Below, piece by piece: positions 9,580 to 18,006 of a stretch of 64,000 nucleotides of DNA. The translations under genes and the position numbers were made by a program. The stretch comes from an uncultured Gammaproteobacteria bacterium (GTDB lineage: Bacteria; Patescibacteriota; Microgenomatia; Levybacterales; UBA12049): positions 15,023 through 79,022 of the forward strand of contig CAZSWA010000001.1 in the NCBI GenBank assembly GCA_964610465.1, read 5' to 3'. Within the stretch, counting starts at the first letter, position 1. Every line of letters starts with the position of its first letter. The notes beneath the pieces are model-generated. The model made no database searches. It saw only the letters and a program-made list of their open reading frames with translations, and was not told where the DNA came from.

Positions 9580-9939
9580 TTGCTTAATAAATATATGATT
9601 TCTCTCAAAGAGATAGTAAGAACAGGTATTCTTATTGTTTGTTTAGTAATTTTTTTATTTTTATCTCCATTTAGTTTCGCTGCAACACAAAAATTTGCCA
9701 AAGGAACTATAACATGGCAGAATGTACCAGGTGCTGTTTTTTATAATGTTTACTATAAAGAAACAAAAGAGAAGAACTTTACCAACGCAGTCCGTAAACT
9801 TCCTAATACTTCCAAGAGCTATACAATAACCTTCTTAAAAAAAGGTGTAAGTTATCAATATAAAGTTACAGCTCTAGATACATCTGGAAAAGAATTTTAC
9901 TTTTCTCCGATAAAGTGGGTAGTGCCTACCCGTTATTGA
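9580..9939 (+). CDS. small secreted/anchored protein with fibronectin type III-like fold (probable true start at 9595)
   Basis: N-terminal hydrophobic segment, then W...Y..Y pattern typical of FN3 (TWQNVPGAVFYNVYY...YQYKVTALD). Confidence 0.45.
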   Translation: MLNKYMISLKEIVRTGILIVCLVIFLFLSPFSFAATQKFAKGTITWQNVPGAVFYNVYYKETKEKNFTNAVRKLPNTSKSYTITFLKKGVSYQYKVTALDTSGKEFYFSPIKWVVPTRY

Positions 9940-9949
9940 TAATTAGCTA

Positions 9950-10228
9950 TTGACAAATTTCACTCTTTTAGAGAAACTAGACAAAATGAAAAAAATAGTA
10001 ACAATAGCTGCTGTTATACTGGGTATTATTTTTCTTATCGTTGCAGCAGTTTATTTCTTAGAGCCAGCAAAATCATTACCTACCTTTTTCCCGGGATACG
10101 ACACAACACTTAGTAAACATCATTATAAGCATGCTATTGGTGTATTGCTTTTGGGGTTTGCTCTTTTTGCTTATGCGTGGTTTCAAACTGGCAAAAAGTC
10201 AACGAAGGAAAAACAGAAGACTGAGTAA
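9950..10228 (+). CDS. small two-TM membrane protein, unknown
   Basis: 92 aa ORF. Two hydrophobic helices. Probable start at internal Met (MKKIVTIA). Confidence 0.35.
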   Translation: MTNFTLLEKLDKMKKIVTIAAVILGIIFLIVAAVYFLEPAKSLPTFFPGYDTTLSKHHYKHAIGVLLLGFALFAYAWFQTGKKSTKEKQKTE

Positions 10229-11059
10229 TAATCCAATTCCTACACAATAAACTGCAAATGGAGTTAATTTTTCTGTCTTAAAATAGCGAGTTAAAAAGCG
10301 AACAGAAAAATATGCACATATACCAGAAGAGACGGCGCCCACAAGAGTCGGTCCAAGCACTTTCATACCTGTTTGAGTTGTAAGTTCAGGTAGTTTAAGA
10401 ATTGATGCCGCAGCGATAATAGGAGTAGCCAACAAAAAAGAAAATCTTGCAGCATCTTCATGACTTAGTCCAACAAAAAGTCCTCCAGTAATTGTTGCAC
10501 CGGTTCTTGAAAAACCAGGAATAAGCGCAATGCACTGAAGAATGCCTACTTTTATTGCTTGTGTCCATGTAATGTGAGCTATGCGTTCATCACTGTGAGA
10601 TAAAGAAGCGTTTTCTTTCTTTTTCCGTCGTAGCATTTCAGCTCCATACAGCATAAATCCATTTACGATAACAACAAAAGCCACAAGTTGAGGAGAAGCA
10701 AAAAGACTTTTAAATGTATCCTCAAATAAAAGTCCTAAAATGCCTGCAGGAATTGTTGCAACAATGAGAAGCCAGGAAAGTTTGGCATACGAATTACTTT
10801 CTTTAATTTCGCGATCTCTTAAAGATTGTATAAAACCAATAAGTAATCGTTTCCAGTCTTTTAAGAAAAAAAGAAACAACACAAGTGCAGTTGCAGTATG
10901 GGTTGCAACAAGAAACGTGAGAAAGAACGGGTCATTTTGATTGATATGCCATCCAAGAAGTTTGGGTAATACGACACTATGTCCTAAACTCGAAATAGGG
11001 AAGAGTTCAGTTATCCCCTGCAATGCACCGAAAATAATTGCCTGAAAGTATGAAAGCAT
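10199..11059 (-). CDS. uppP: undecaprenyl-diphosphate phosphatase (BacA/UppP)
   Basis: 286 aa. UppP signature N-terminus (AIIFGALQGITELFPISSLGHS) and 8 TM helices. Confidence 0.85.
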   Translation of the reverse strand: MLSYFQAIIFGALQGITELFPISSLGHSVVLPKLLGWHINQNDPFFLTFLVATHTATALVLFLFFLKDWKRLLIGFIQSLRDREIKESNSYAKLSWLLIVATIPAGILGLLFEDTFKSLFASPQLVAFVVIVNGFMLYGAEMLRRKKKENASLSHSDERIAHITWTQAIKVGILQCIALIPGFSRTGATITGGLFVGLSHEDAARFSFLLATPIIAAASILKLPELTTQTGMKVLGPTLVGAVSSGICAYFSVRFLTRYFKTEKLTPFAVYCVGIGLLLSLLFFLR

Positions 11060-11364
11060 TATTTTTTCTTTCCTTTATTTTTTCTTTTGTTTGCTTCATA
11101 AAGTACCACTCCTGTTCCTATAGCACCAATTGCAAAAGCTGTTCCTACAATAATCTGTAACCCTCGATTTGAACGTATGCTGATTAGATTTTTCCCTTCT
11201 TCTTTAGCAGATTTAACAAGAGTTCTATGTTCTTTTAGATATTGCTTTCCTTTTTCTTCAGAATCTCCGCCTGGTACCTGATCAACTTCTATTTCTCCTG
11301 GTATATGTTCAATATTTGGTGGAATTTCTCCCCATGCTTCTTTCATATGCTTATTATATATCAT
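11059..11364 (-). CDS. hypothetical protein with C-terminal TM helix
   Basis: 101 aa ORF overlapping uppP start by 1 nt. No motif recognised. Confidence 0.35.
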   Translation of the reverse strand: MIYNKHMKEAWGEIPPNIEHIPGEIEVDQVPGGDSEEKGKQYLKEHRTLVKSAKEEGKNLISIRSNRGLQIIVGTAFAIGAIGTGVVLYEANKRKNKGKKK

Positions 11365-11374
11365 TTCTCATCTT

Positions 11375-12145
11375 TTAGACAAAAGATATAGCATCTTCAA
11401 GACTGAAATCTTTCACTTTTGTTCTTGTAATTTCAAGAGCTATTGCGTGAGTACGAAGATGTAATGCTAATTCATAGATAATTTGCCGGACATAGGTACC
11501 GCTTGAACAATGCAGAGAAAGCTGTGCAATTGGAAAGGAGTTGTTATTATTCTTTTCAAGAAATAAATCCCAGTCATTCAGAATTTCTTTTTGCCGAAAA
11601 TCACCTGACGCACTCACAATTGCTTTCTTGGCTTTTTCAACAAGTTGTGTACAGGTAATTTCTGATACCGACTCAAGTTTGAGTGAAAAAATTTCGACTT
11701 GCTTTTTAGGAATAACAATTTCCGTAAGTTTATTCTCTCTTGCCCAATAGTAAAGCGGTTTTCCTTGCACTGTACGGGAAGAGTAGGGAGGATACTCTTG
11801 CATATATATTCCAAAAAATGAAGGAAGAACTTCTTGTATTTTTTCTTTTACATTAATAGGAAGCGTTTGATTTGTGTGTATGATTCGTCCCATTACATCA
11901 TATGTGTCTGTTGCAATACCAAAAACTGCCCTAAAGGAATATTCTTTTGGTAAGTCTTCATAAATTTTTCTTTTTTTATTTTCATCACCAACAAGAACAA
12001 GAAGAATGCCTTTTGCCATTGGATCAAGTCTTCCTGCATATCCAAGTGGTACATTTCTATATTCAGGATTTTTTTGACGAAATGCATGTATAACTTGAAG
12101 CGGACTTGGACCAACCGGTTTATAAAGACAAAGTACTTTTTCCAT
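11375..12145 (-). CDS. truB: tRNA pseudouridine(55) synthase TruB-like
   Basis: Catalytic motif GYAGRLDPMAKGILLV (consensus GHxGTLDPxAxGxL). Start chosen at MEKVLCLYKP; ORF track extends to 12196. Confidence 0.7.
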   Translation of the reverse strand: MEKVLCLYKPVGPSPLQVIHAFRQKNPEYRNVPLGYAGRLDPMAKGILLVLVGDENKKRKIYEDLPKEYSFRAVFGIATDTYDVMGRIIHTNQTLPINVKEKIQEVLPSFFGIYMQEYPPYSSRTVQGKPLYYWARENKLTEIVIPKKQVEIFSLKLESVSEITCTQLVEKAKKAIVSASGDFRQKEILNDWDLFLEKNNNNSFPIAQLSLHCSSGTYVRQIIYELALHLRTHAIALEITRTKVKDFSLEDAISFV

Positions 12146-12201
12146 ACTGTGTATTATAACGCAAAAAATAACTTGTAGATGTTTGATATAATGCACTCAT
12201 A

Positions 12202-12696
12202 ATGGATAAAAACGAGAAGATACTTCGACAAACTCTTATCACATTTCTTAAAGGCGGCAATGCCTATATGCCTTTTTCAGAAGCAGTAGAAAATTTTCCA
12301 ATGAATGCAATAAATACTATTTTTCCAAATAGTACCTATACTCCTTGGCATCTTCTTGAACATTTGCGTTTTACCCAGCATGATATTTTTGATTTTATTG
12401 TCAATCCTGCATATAAGGAACCGGAATGGCCAAAAGATTACTGGCCAAAGAAAAATACGAAGGCGACTCCAAAAGATTGGCAGAAAACAATACAAGATTT
12501 TTTTAACGATTTGAAAAGACTTGAGGATTTAGTTCATTATGAAAAAACTGATTTGTACGCCAAAATTTCCTGGGGAACAGGACAGACAATACTTCGGGAA
12601 ATACTTCTTGTTTGCGATCATAGTGCCTACCACACAGGTGAATTTTCTATTATGCGGCAAGTAATGGGTACATGGCCAAAAAAAAGAAGTACATGA
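12202..12696 (+). CDS. DinB/YfiT-like (DinB_2) metal-dependent hydrolase-fold protein
   Basis: 164 aa. Conserved His spacing (HLLEHLRF...CDHSAYHTGE). Confidence 0.55.
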   Translation: MDKNEKILRQTLITFLKGGNAYMPFSEAVENFPMNAINTIFPNSTYTPWHLLEHLRFTQHDIFDFIVNPAYKEPEWPKDYWPKKNTKATPKDWQKTIQDFFNDLKRLEDLVHYEKTDLYAKISWGTGQTILREILLVCDHSAYHTGEFSIMRQVMGTWPKKRST

Positions 12697-13424
12697 ACAA
12701 ACTCTTCATTGGAACTTCAGGATATATCTATAAAGATTGGGTTGATAAATTTTATCCCAAAGACTTAACTCAAAAAGAATATTTATCTTTCTATGCCAAG
12801 TATTTTACTACAGTGGAAATTAATGCCACGTTTTACCGGAGTTTTCCAAAAACAGTTTTTGAGAAATGGCAAGAACAAACACCTGAAGATTTTTGTTTTA
12901 CAATCAAAGGTTCACGATTTATTACTCATGTCAAACGACTTAAAGATATTGATGATTCGATAGTGTTATTTTTTGAGAATGCGTCAGGATTATTACACAA
13001 ACTTGGAGTAGTGCTTTGGCAATTTCCAAAATCTTTTGTCTATACAAGCGAGACAAAAGAGAGATTTATCCATTTCCTTGCTCTTTTACCCACATCTTCA
13101 AGACAAGTGGTTGAACTTCGTCATGTCTCGTGGTTTACAGAAGAAGTGTATGGTATGCTTAGTCAACACAACATTGGATTTGTTATCAATGATACTTCAG
13201 CATTTCCTGCAAAGGATGTGATTACTTCAGATGTTGCCTATATCCGCTTTCATGGACCAACAAGATTGTATGCGTCTTCCTATAGTAGAGAACAACTGAA
13301 TGAATGGGCAAGTGCAATTAAAACATATCTTAAAAAATATGATGTGTACTGTTATTTTAATAATGATATATCAGGATATGCTATAGAGAATGCCCTTAGC
13401 CTTAAAAGATTAATTAATTATTAA
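12672..13424 (+). CDS. DUF72 (UPF0759) family protein
   Basis: 250 aa. N-terminal IGTSGY/GW motif and overall DUF72 pattern. Confidence 0.7.
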   Translation: MAKKKKYMNKLFIGTSGYIYKDWVDKFYPKDLTQKEYLSFYAKYFTTVEINATFYRSFPKTVFEKWQEQTPEDFCFTIKGSRFITHVKRLKDIDDSIVLFFENASGLLHKLGVVLWQFPKSFVYTSETKERFIHFLALLPTSSRQVVELRHVSWFTEEVYGMLSQHNIGFVINDTSAFPAKDVITSDVAYIRFHGPTRLYASSYSREQLNEWASAIKTYLKKYDVYCYFNNDISGYAIENALSLKRLINY

Positions 13425-13744
13425 AAATCGGCCTTCCTCTCATTCCTAAAAATTGTCTTGTAATAATATTGAATACACTTAGTATAGATTGATTCATTAA
13501 CAAAGCTTTAGTACTTTTTGTTTGCTAATACTAGTGGTATTTTTAAGGAATCTCTTGTAAAAGAAGCTAAAACGGCAGGTAGCGTTTATAAGAATAAATT
13601 TTTCTAAGAGTAGCAATGAGAATACTAATACATTTTTTACATTTTAGTTTACAGGTAAATTAGTTATATATAGTTGTTTGCTATAGAGGAATAAATTGGG
13701 CGGCAGTGCTAAAGATCCCTGAAAGGTGGTGATAACTGATATAA

Positions 13745-14236
13745 ATGATTAAACGATTATTGTTAAGTTTTCTATTAATGGCAGGCGTGACTGAAAGCAC
13801 TTTTCTAGGAACAAAAGCACTATTGTCAACTCAAGTAACTCTTGCAGAAGTACATTTAGTACGGGACAGTAGAGTTACAAATTTCAAAGAGTATATCCAG
13901 TAATCCTACTTCAAGTTCATTTACAGATACTTCGCTCGCTGGATTTACAGAAAAAATTCTTCCAGGGCAAACAGTTTCGCAAACTGTTTGGCTTAAAAAT
14001 ACTGGTTCTGATACTGATTTAGCAATTGCAGCGGATCAACAAATAATATAACTATCACGTGTCAAAATACTATTTACCAAAGTAACAATAATAGTTCTTC
14101 AATGATTGTTATGAATTCTTTGGATACAGGAAATAATACTGCAAATAACAACACAGATGTAACGAGTATTCATTCAGGTTCTGCAACATCAACAGTTGCT
14201 ATTACCCAAACAGCGAATACCAATACTATAAAGTAG
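13745..14236 (+). pseudogene. decayed TasA/camelysin-like (SipW-cognate signal peptide) secreted protein gene, at least two frameshifts
   Basis: Frame 1: MIKRLLLSFLLMAGVTESTFLGTKALL... stops at 13901. Frame +1 continues SFTDTSLAGFTEKILPGQTVSQTVWLKNTGSDTDLAIAAD (TasA/camelysin core-like). Third frame gives an N/T-rich tail to 14236. Confidence 0.4.
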
Positions 14237-14251
14237 AAAATTAGAAGAAGT

Positions 14252-14791
14252 TTATTCAGATTTAGTAATATCTCTATATTTTTCCAAAAGTTTTCTTATT
14301 TTTGGATCAATAACTACCTGGCAATAAGGGTAGGTGCGGTTGTTATCATAAAAATCCATATGATAGTCTTCAGCTTTATAGAAATTGGTAAATGGTACAA
14401 TTTGGGTAACAATCGGATCTTTATAGACTCCTTCTTTTTCAATTTTCTTTTTGGATTCTAAAGCTTCCTTTTTCTGTATTTCATCATGATAAAAAATGAC
14501 TGAACGGTATTGAGTCCCTACATCATTCCCTTGTCGGTTAAGAGTAGTCGGGTCATGTAAGTGCCAGAAAATTTCCAAAAGCTTGTCATATGAAATACTA
14601 TTTGGATCAAATTCAATTTGTATTGCCTCAGCATGACCTGTGGTGCCAGAAGATACTTCTTTATAGGTTGGATTCTCTTTGGTGCCACCTGCATAGCCAG
14701 AAGTTATAGATATAACTCCTTTTAGTCTTTTAAATATTGCTTCTGTACACCAGAAACATCCGCCTGCAAGTGTTGCTTTTTGTGTTTCCAT
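14252..14791 (-). CDS. msrA: peptide-methionine (S)-S-oxide reductase MsrA
   Basis: 179 aa. Active-site GCFWC motif (LAGGCFWCTEAIF), GYAGG. Confidence 0.85.
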   Translation of the reverse strand: METQKATLAGGCFWCTEAIFKRLKGVISITSGYAGGTKENPTYKEVSSGTTGHAEAIQIEFDPNSISYDKLLEIFWHLHDPTTLNRQGNDVGTQYRSVIFYHDEIQKKEALESKKKIEKEGVYKDPIVTQIVPFTNFYKAEDYHMDFYDNNRTYPYCQVVIDPKIRKLLEKYRDITKSE

Positions 14792-14792
14792 A

Positions 14793-15555
14793 TTACTTTC
14801 TTAACTCCATTTTGCATTTTGTACAAATTCCAAAACTGTGACTTACAAAATAATCTCCATAATCATGCAATTTAAAATCCTGAATTTGTGCAACTAAATC
14901 AAAAAGTGCTTGCTCCAACTCTGATGTATAGTCAATCGCAAATTCTTTTTGTGGATATTTCAGTATCCCGTATGTAGGGCGCATACCATAATTCTCCTCC
15001 ACTAAGTGACAATATGCAATAAGCTGCATTACATGATTTTTATAAGGAGTAAGAGGAGTTTTTCCTGTTTTTATTTCAATTGGGATTATACTTTTTTTCT
15101 TCTTGATAAGATAATCAGGTTTGCCAATAAGAGGCAAAAGAGAGGATTCAAGAATACTTCCTGGTATTTGTGTTGAATCCTGATAAATAAGTTTTCCTTG
15201 TAAACTTCCCATGCTTCGTCTTTTCAAAAAAAGCATTAAGTTTAGGAGCAGACAAACTAATAGGAGAAAAAACGATATGAGAAAAAGATAAAAAAGTATA
15301 GATTAAAATTTAAAAAATAATTGTAATAGAAACAGTATGGCAACAAAGAGTAATAAGCAAAAGGTAGATACAAAAAGAATTACTTTCAGTCGTGCAAATT
15401 TTATGAGTCTTATGGCGAGGGCATCATGGTAGAGAGTACCTTTGTACATCTCATCATTTACTTCACGCAGTGCATGGAGTCCTTTCCAGAAACACTGTCT
15501 ACAATAAATAAACTCATTAATCTTGCTGGCTTTTACAATAGTTTTGGCAGTCACA
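14793..15555 (-). pseudogene. Cas4-like (DUF83, RecB-family PD-(D/E)XK) nuclease, apparently split into N-terminal (15303-15555) and C-terminal (14793-15236) fragments
   Basis: N-fragment has the Cas4 N-terminal Cys motif (INEFIYCRQCFWKG). C-fragment has RecB nuclease motifs D (PDYLI), ExK (IEIKTGK), QxxxY (QLIAYCHL) and terminal C-x2-C. The two are separated by about 20 out-of-frame codons rich in A/T homopolymers. Confidence 0.5.
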
Positions 15556-16003
15556 AGTAGGCTCTATTCTAATACAAATTTTTGACACTGCAAATCGAAG
15601 AAAGTTATTTTTCTTCTCTCTTAATTTCTACTCCCCCTATATCATCTCCTGTAAGATTCTGTCCATGTAATTTCTCATCAGCAATACTACCGATTTGAGG
15701 CAGAGATACTCTCTTTTGTTGTTTTCCACCTTTTGTATTTTTCTTCTTTTTATATTTTTGCATATAAAAATTTTACAAAGAGCAGTTATGATTTTAAAAA
15801 ATGATTGGTAAGAATATCGCAAGAACTAAATTTGTATTTCTCAATATGGTATGTCACACTTTTTGTATGATTCGGAAAATAAAAGGATTGTATCAAGTAC
15901 TTTCTGAGAAAACGCATCGAAATATGGGAACGTATAGGAGTCTTAAGGCAGCAAAACATCGACTGCAACAAATAGAATTTTTCAAATACCTCAAGAAAAA
16001 AGC

Positions 16004-16573
16004 TTAACTTACTTTTTTAGGTTTTAGTAACATACAAAGTATTCCAATTACAAAAAGAGGACATATGCCAACAATCCCAGCAACAATAAAAAAAAGAAGA
16101 GGATTTGATTGAGAAGGAGGCGGAGTATGTTTTACTATGGTATTAAATTTGATGGGAATCAGCACTGATTCAAATAGTTGCGGTTCAGGTGTTTGCCCGT
16201 CATCTGCCATAATTTTTAAGATATAGTTACCAGGTTTTGCATAGGCATGAGTATTTTGTAAGCCAGATGCAATAGCTCCATCTCCGAAATCCCAGGAGAA
16301 TTTTGTTTCTTTTATCTGATCGGGTGTAGCTTGGGGGAAACGCGCAGTGTCAATTACCAATGAAAGTTCTTGATTGACTGTATACTCTTTAGGTGCAAGA
16401 TCTTGAGGAGGGTCGTTTGCATAAGGAGAATTTGAAGGAACGATGTAGGTATTACTATACTCATTATTTATCATAAAATACGGGGGTTGTCCTGGCATAT
16501 GGGCAAATATAGGATGTAAAGAAGAGAAAAAAAGAAGCGACAGAAGAATACAGGCGAATTTGAAGAATTTCAT
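16004..16573 (-). CDS. secreted, C-terminally anchored PKD-domain protein
   Basis: Signal peptide, PKD signature (FSWDFGDG...HAYAKPGNYILKI), C-terminal TM helix + basic tail. Confidence 0.6.
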   Translation of the reverse strand: MKFFKFACILLSLLFFSSLHPIFAHMPGQPPYFMINNEYSNTYIVPSNSPYANDPPQDLAPKEYTVNQELSLVIDTARFPQATPDQIKETKFSWDFGDGAIASGLQNTHAYAKPGNYILKIMADDGQTPEPQLFESVLIPIKFNTIVKHTPPPSQSNPLLFFIVAGIVGICPLFVIGILCMLLKPKKVS

Positions 16574-17631
16574 CCCTGTATTATATGCTTCTCATGTTTA
16601 TCTTTCAAATTCGTTTTTTGCAAATCAAACATTTTCTGTAAAAATTCATTAATAAATCCAAATGTAAAAGAGTACACAAGTCGTTTTGTAATTGTTTTAG
16701 AAATAGTATGTTTTTGGGTTTTATTGTATTTTTGATTAAGTATATATGCTTTTTCAGTAAGAACTGCATAATGGCTGGGACTAATTTTTTTTCCTGAATG
16801 CAAAAAAAATACTTTAGTAAACTCGGCACCAAAGAACACTATTTGAGTTGTATAGTATACCCATAAGAGAAGTACTATCACGCTTCCTGCTGCACCGTAG
16901 GTTGAAGTAACAGCACTTGTACCAATATACACTCCGATAATTGTTTTGCCTATGGTAAATAAAAATGAAGTAATAAATGCACTAATAAGTACATATTTCC
17001 AAGGTAACTTTACATCAGGAAGTACTTTAAAAAGAAATGCAAAAAGAAAAGTAATAATAAAAAGTGATATTAGAAAGGTAATCCATTGAAGAATAACTGC
17101 ATCAAAAGGAAGAATATGTTGGAAAAAAGTACCAAGCAAAGAAATAAGCGCACTTGCCACAAGCGAGACGAGTAATAAAAATATAACTACCGCAATCATA
17201 GAAAAATTAAGTAAACGGTTTATCAGAAGTTCTTTTATATGGAGTCCTGGTTTTTTGGTTACTCCCCAGATAAAATTGAGCATTTGTTCCAACTGTCCAA
17301 ATATTCCAACTGCTCCAAATACTAAAAGAATACCACCGATAATAGTTGCAAGCATACCTTTTCGTGGCTTATTAAGTGTTGAGATGAGTGTTTGTAAAAA
17401 ATTCGCCCCTTGTGCACCAATAAGACTTTGCATTTGCGTATAGATATTTTTTTCAATTTGAGAGTTACTTAAAAAAAGTCCTAAAATACTTATAATCACA
17501 AGAAGTAAGGGGCCAATAGAAAAAACAGTATAGTAGGCAAGTGCTGCAGACCATAAAGAAGCATTATCATTTTGCCACTCTGTCAATGTGTCTTTCAAAA
17601 CTGATACAAAAGAGGAGAAGTGTATCCGCAT
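16570..17631 (-). CDS. YihY/BrkB (virulence factor BrkB / ribonuclease BN-like) family membrane protein
   Basis: 353 aa, 6 TM. N-terminal WSAALAYYTVFSIGPLL signature. Confidence 0.75.
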   Translation of the reverse strand: MRIHFSSFVSVLKDTLTEWQNDNASLWSAALAYYTVFSIGPLLLVIISILGLFLSNSQIEKNIYTQMQSLIGAQGANFLQTLISTLNKPRKGMLATIIGGILLVFGAVGIFGQLEQMLNFIWGVTKKPGLHIKELLINRLLNFSMIAVVIFLLLVSLVASALISLLGTFFQHILPFDAVILQWITFLISLFIITFLFAFLFKVLPDVKLPWKYVLISAFITSFLFTIGKTIIGVYIGTSAVTSTYGAAGSVIVLLLWVYYTTQIVFFGAEFTKVFFLHSGKKISPSHYAVLTEKAYILNQKYNKTQKHTISKTITKRLVYSFTFGFINEFLQKMFDLQKTNLKDKHEKHIIQG

Positions 17632-17635
17632 AGTA

Positions 17636-17902
17636 CTATTTCCTTTTTGCTATTTTTTGCATTTGTTTGACTGCGGTATCTGCAAACGCGGCACCCATAG
17701 AAGCAGCTAAACTTTCACTTTGGTCGACAACTTTCTTTACAGAGTGTATTTTGTCTTCAATATTTCCATATACTTGGCTGATTTTATTTTTAATATAGAA
17801 AAGAAGTATCACCACTGCCAAAAGTAAAAGAGTATAAAGTATCATAAAGACTATACCAACCACATAAAAAATATTCTGCAATGTCATACATGTACTAAAC
17901 AT
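17636..17902 (-). CDS. small membrane protein, DUF948-like (N-terminal TM + coiled coil)
   Basis: 88 aa. One TM helix followed by charged helical region. Confidence 0.4.
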   Translation of the reverse strand: MFSTCMTLQNIFYVVGIVFMILYTLLLLAVVILLFYIKNKISQVYGNIEDKIHSVKKVVDQSESLAASMGAAFADTAVKQMQKIAKRK

Positions 17903-18006
17903 GAGAAAGGAATGTAATTATCTAAAATACGGTAAGCTTTGTGTAAGAAATGTCAATAAATTGACAAGAACGTACGAACTTTCTATGCTTATAAGAGAGG
18001 AGTATT

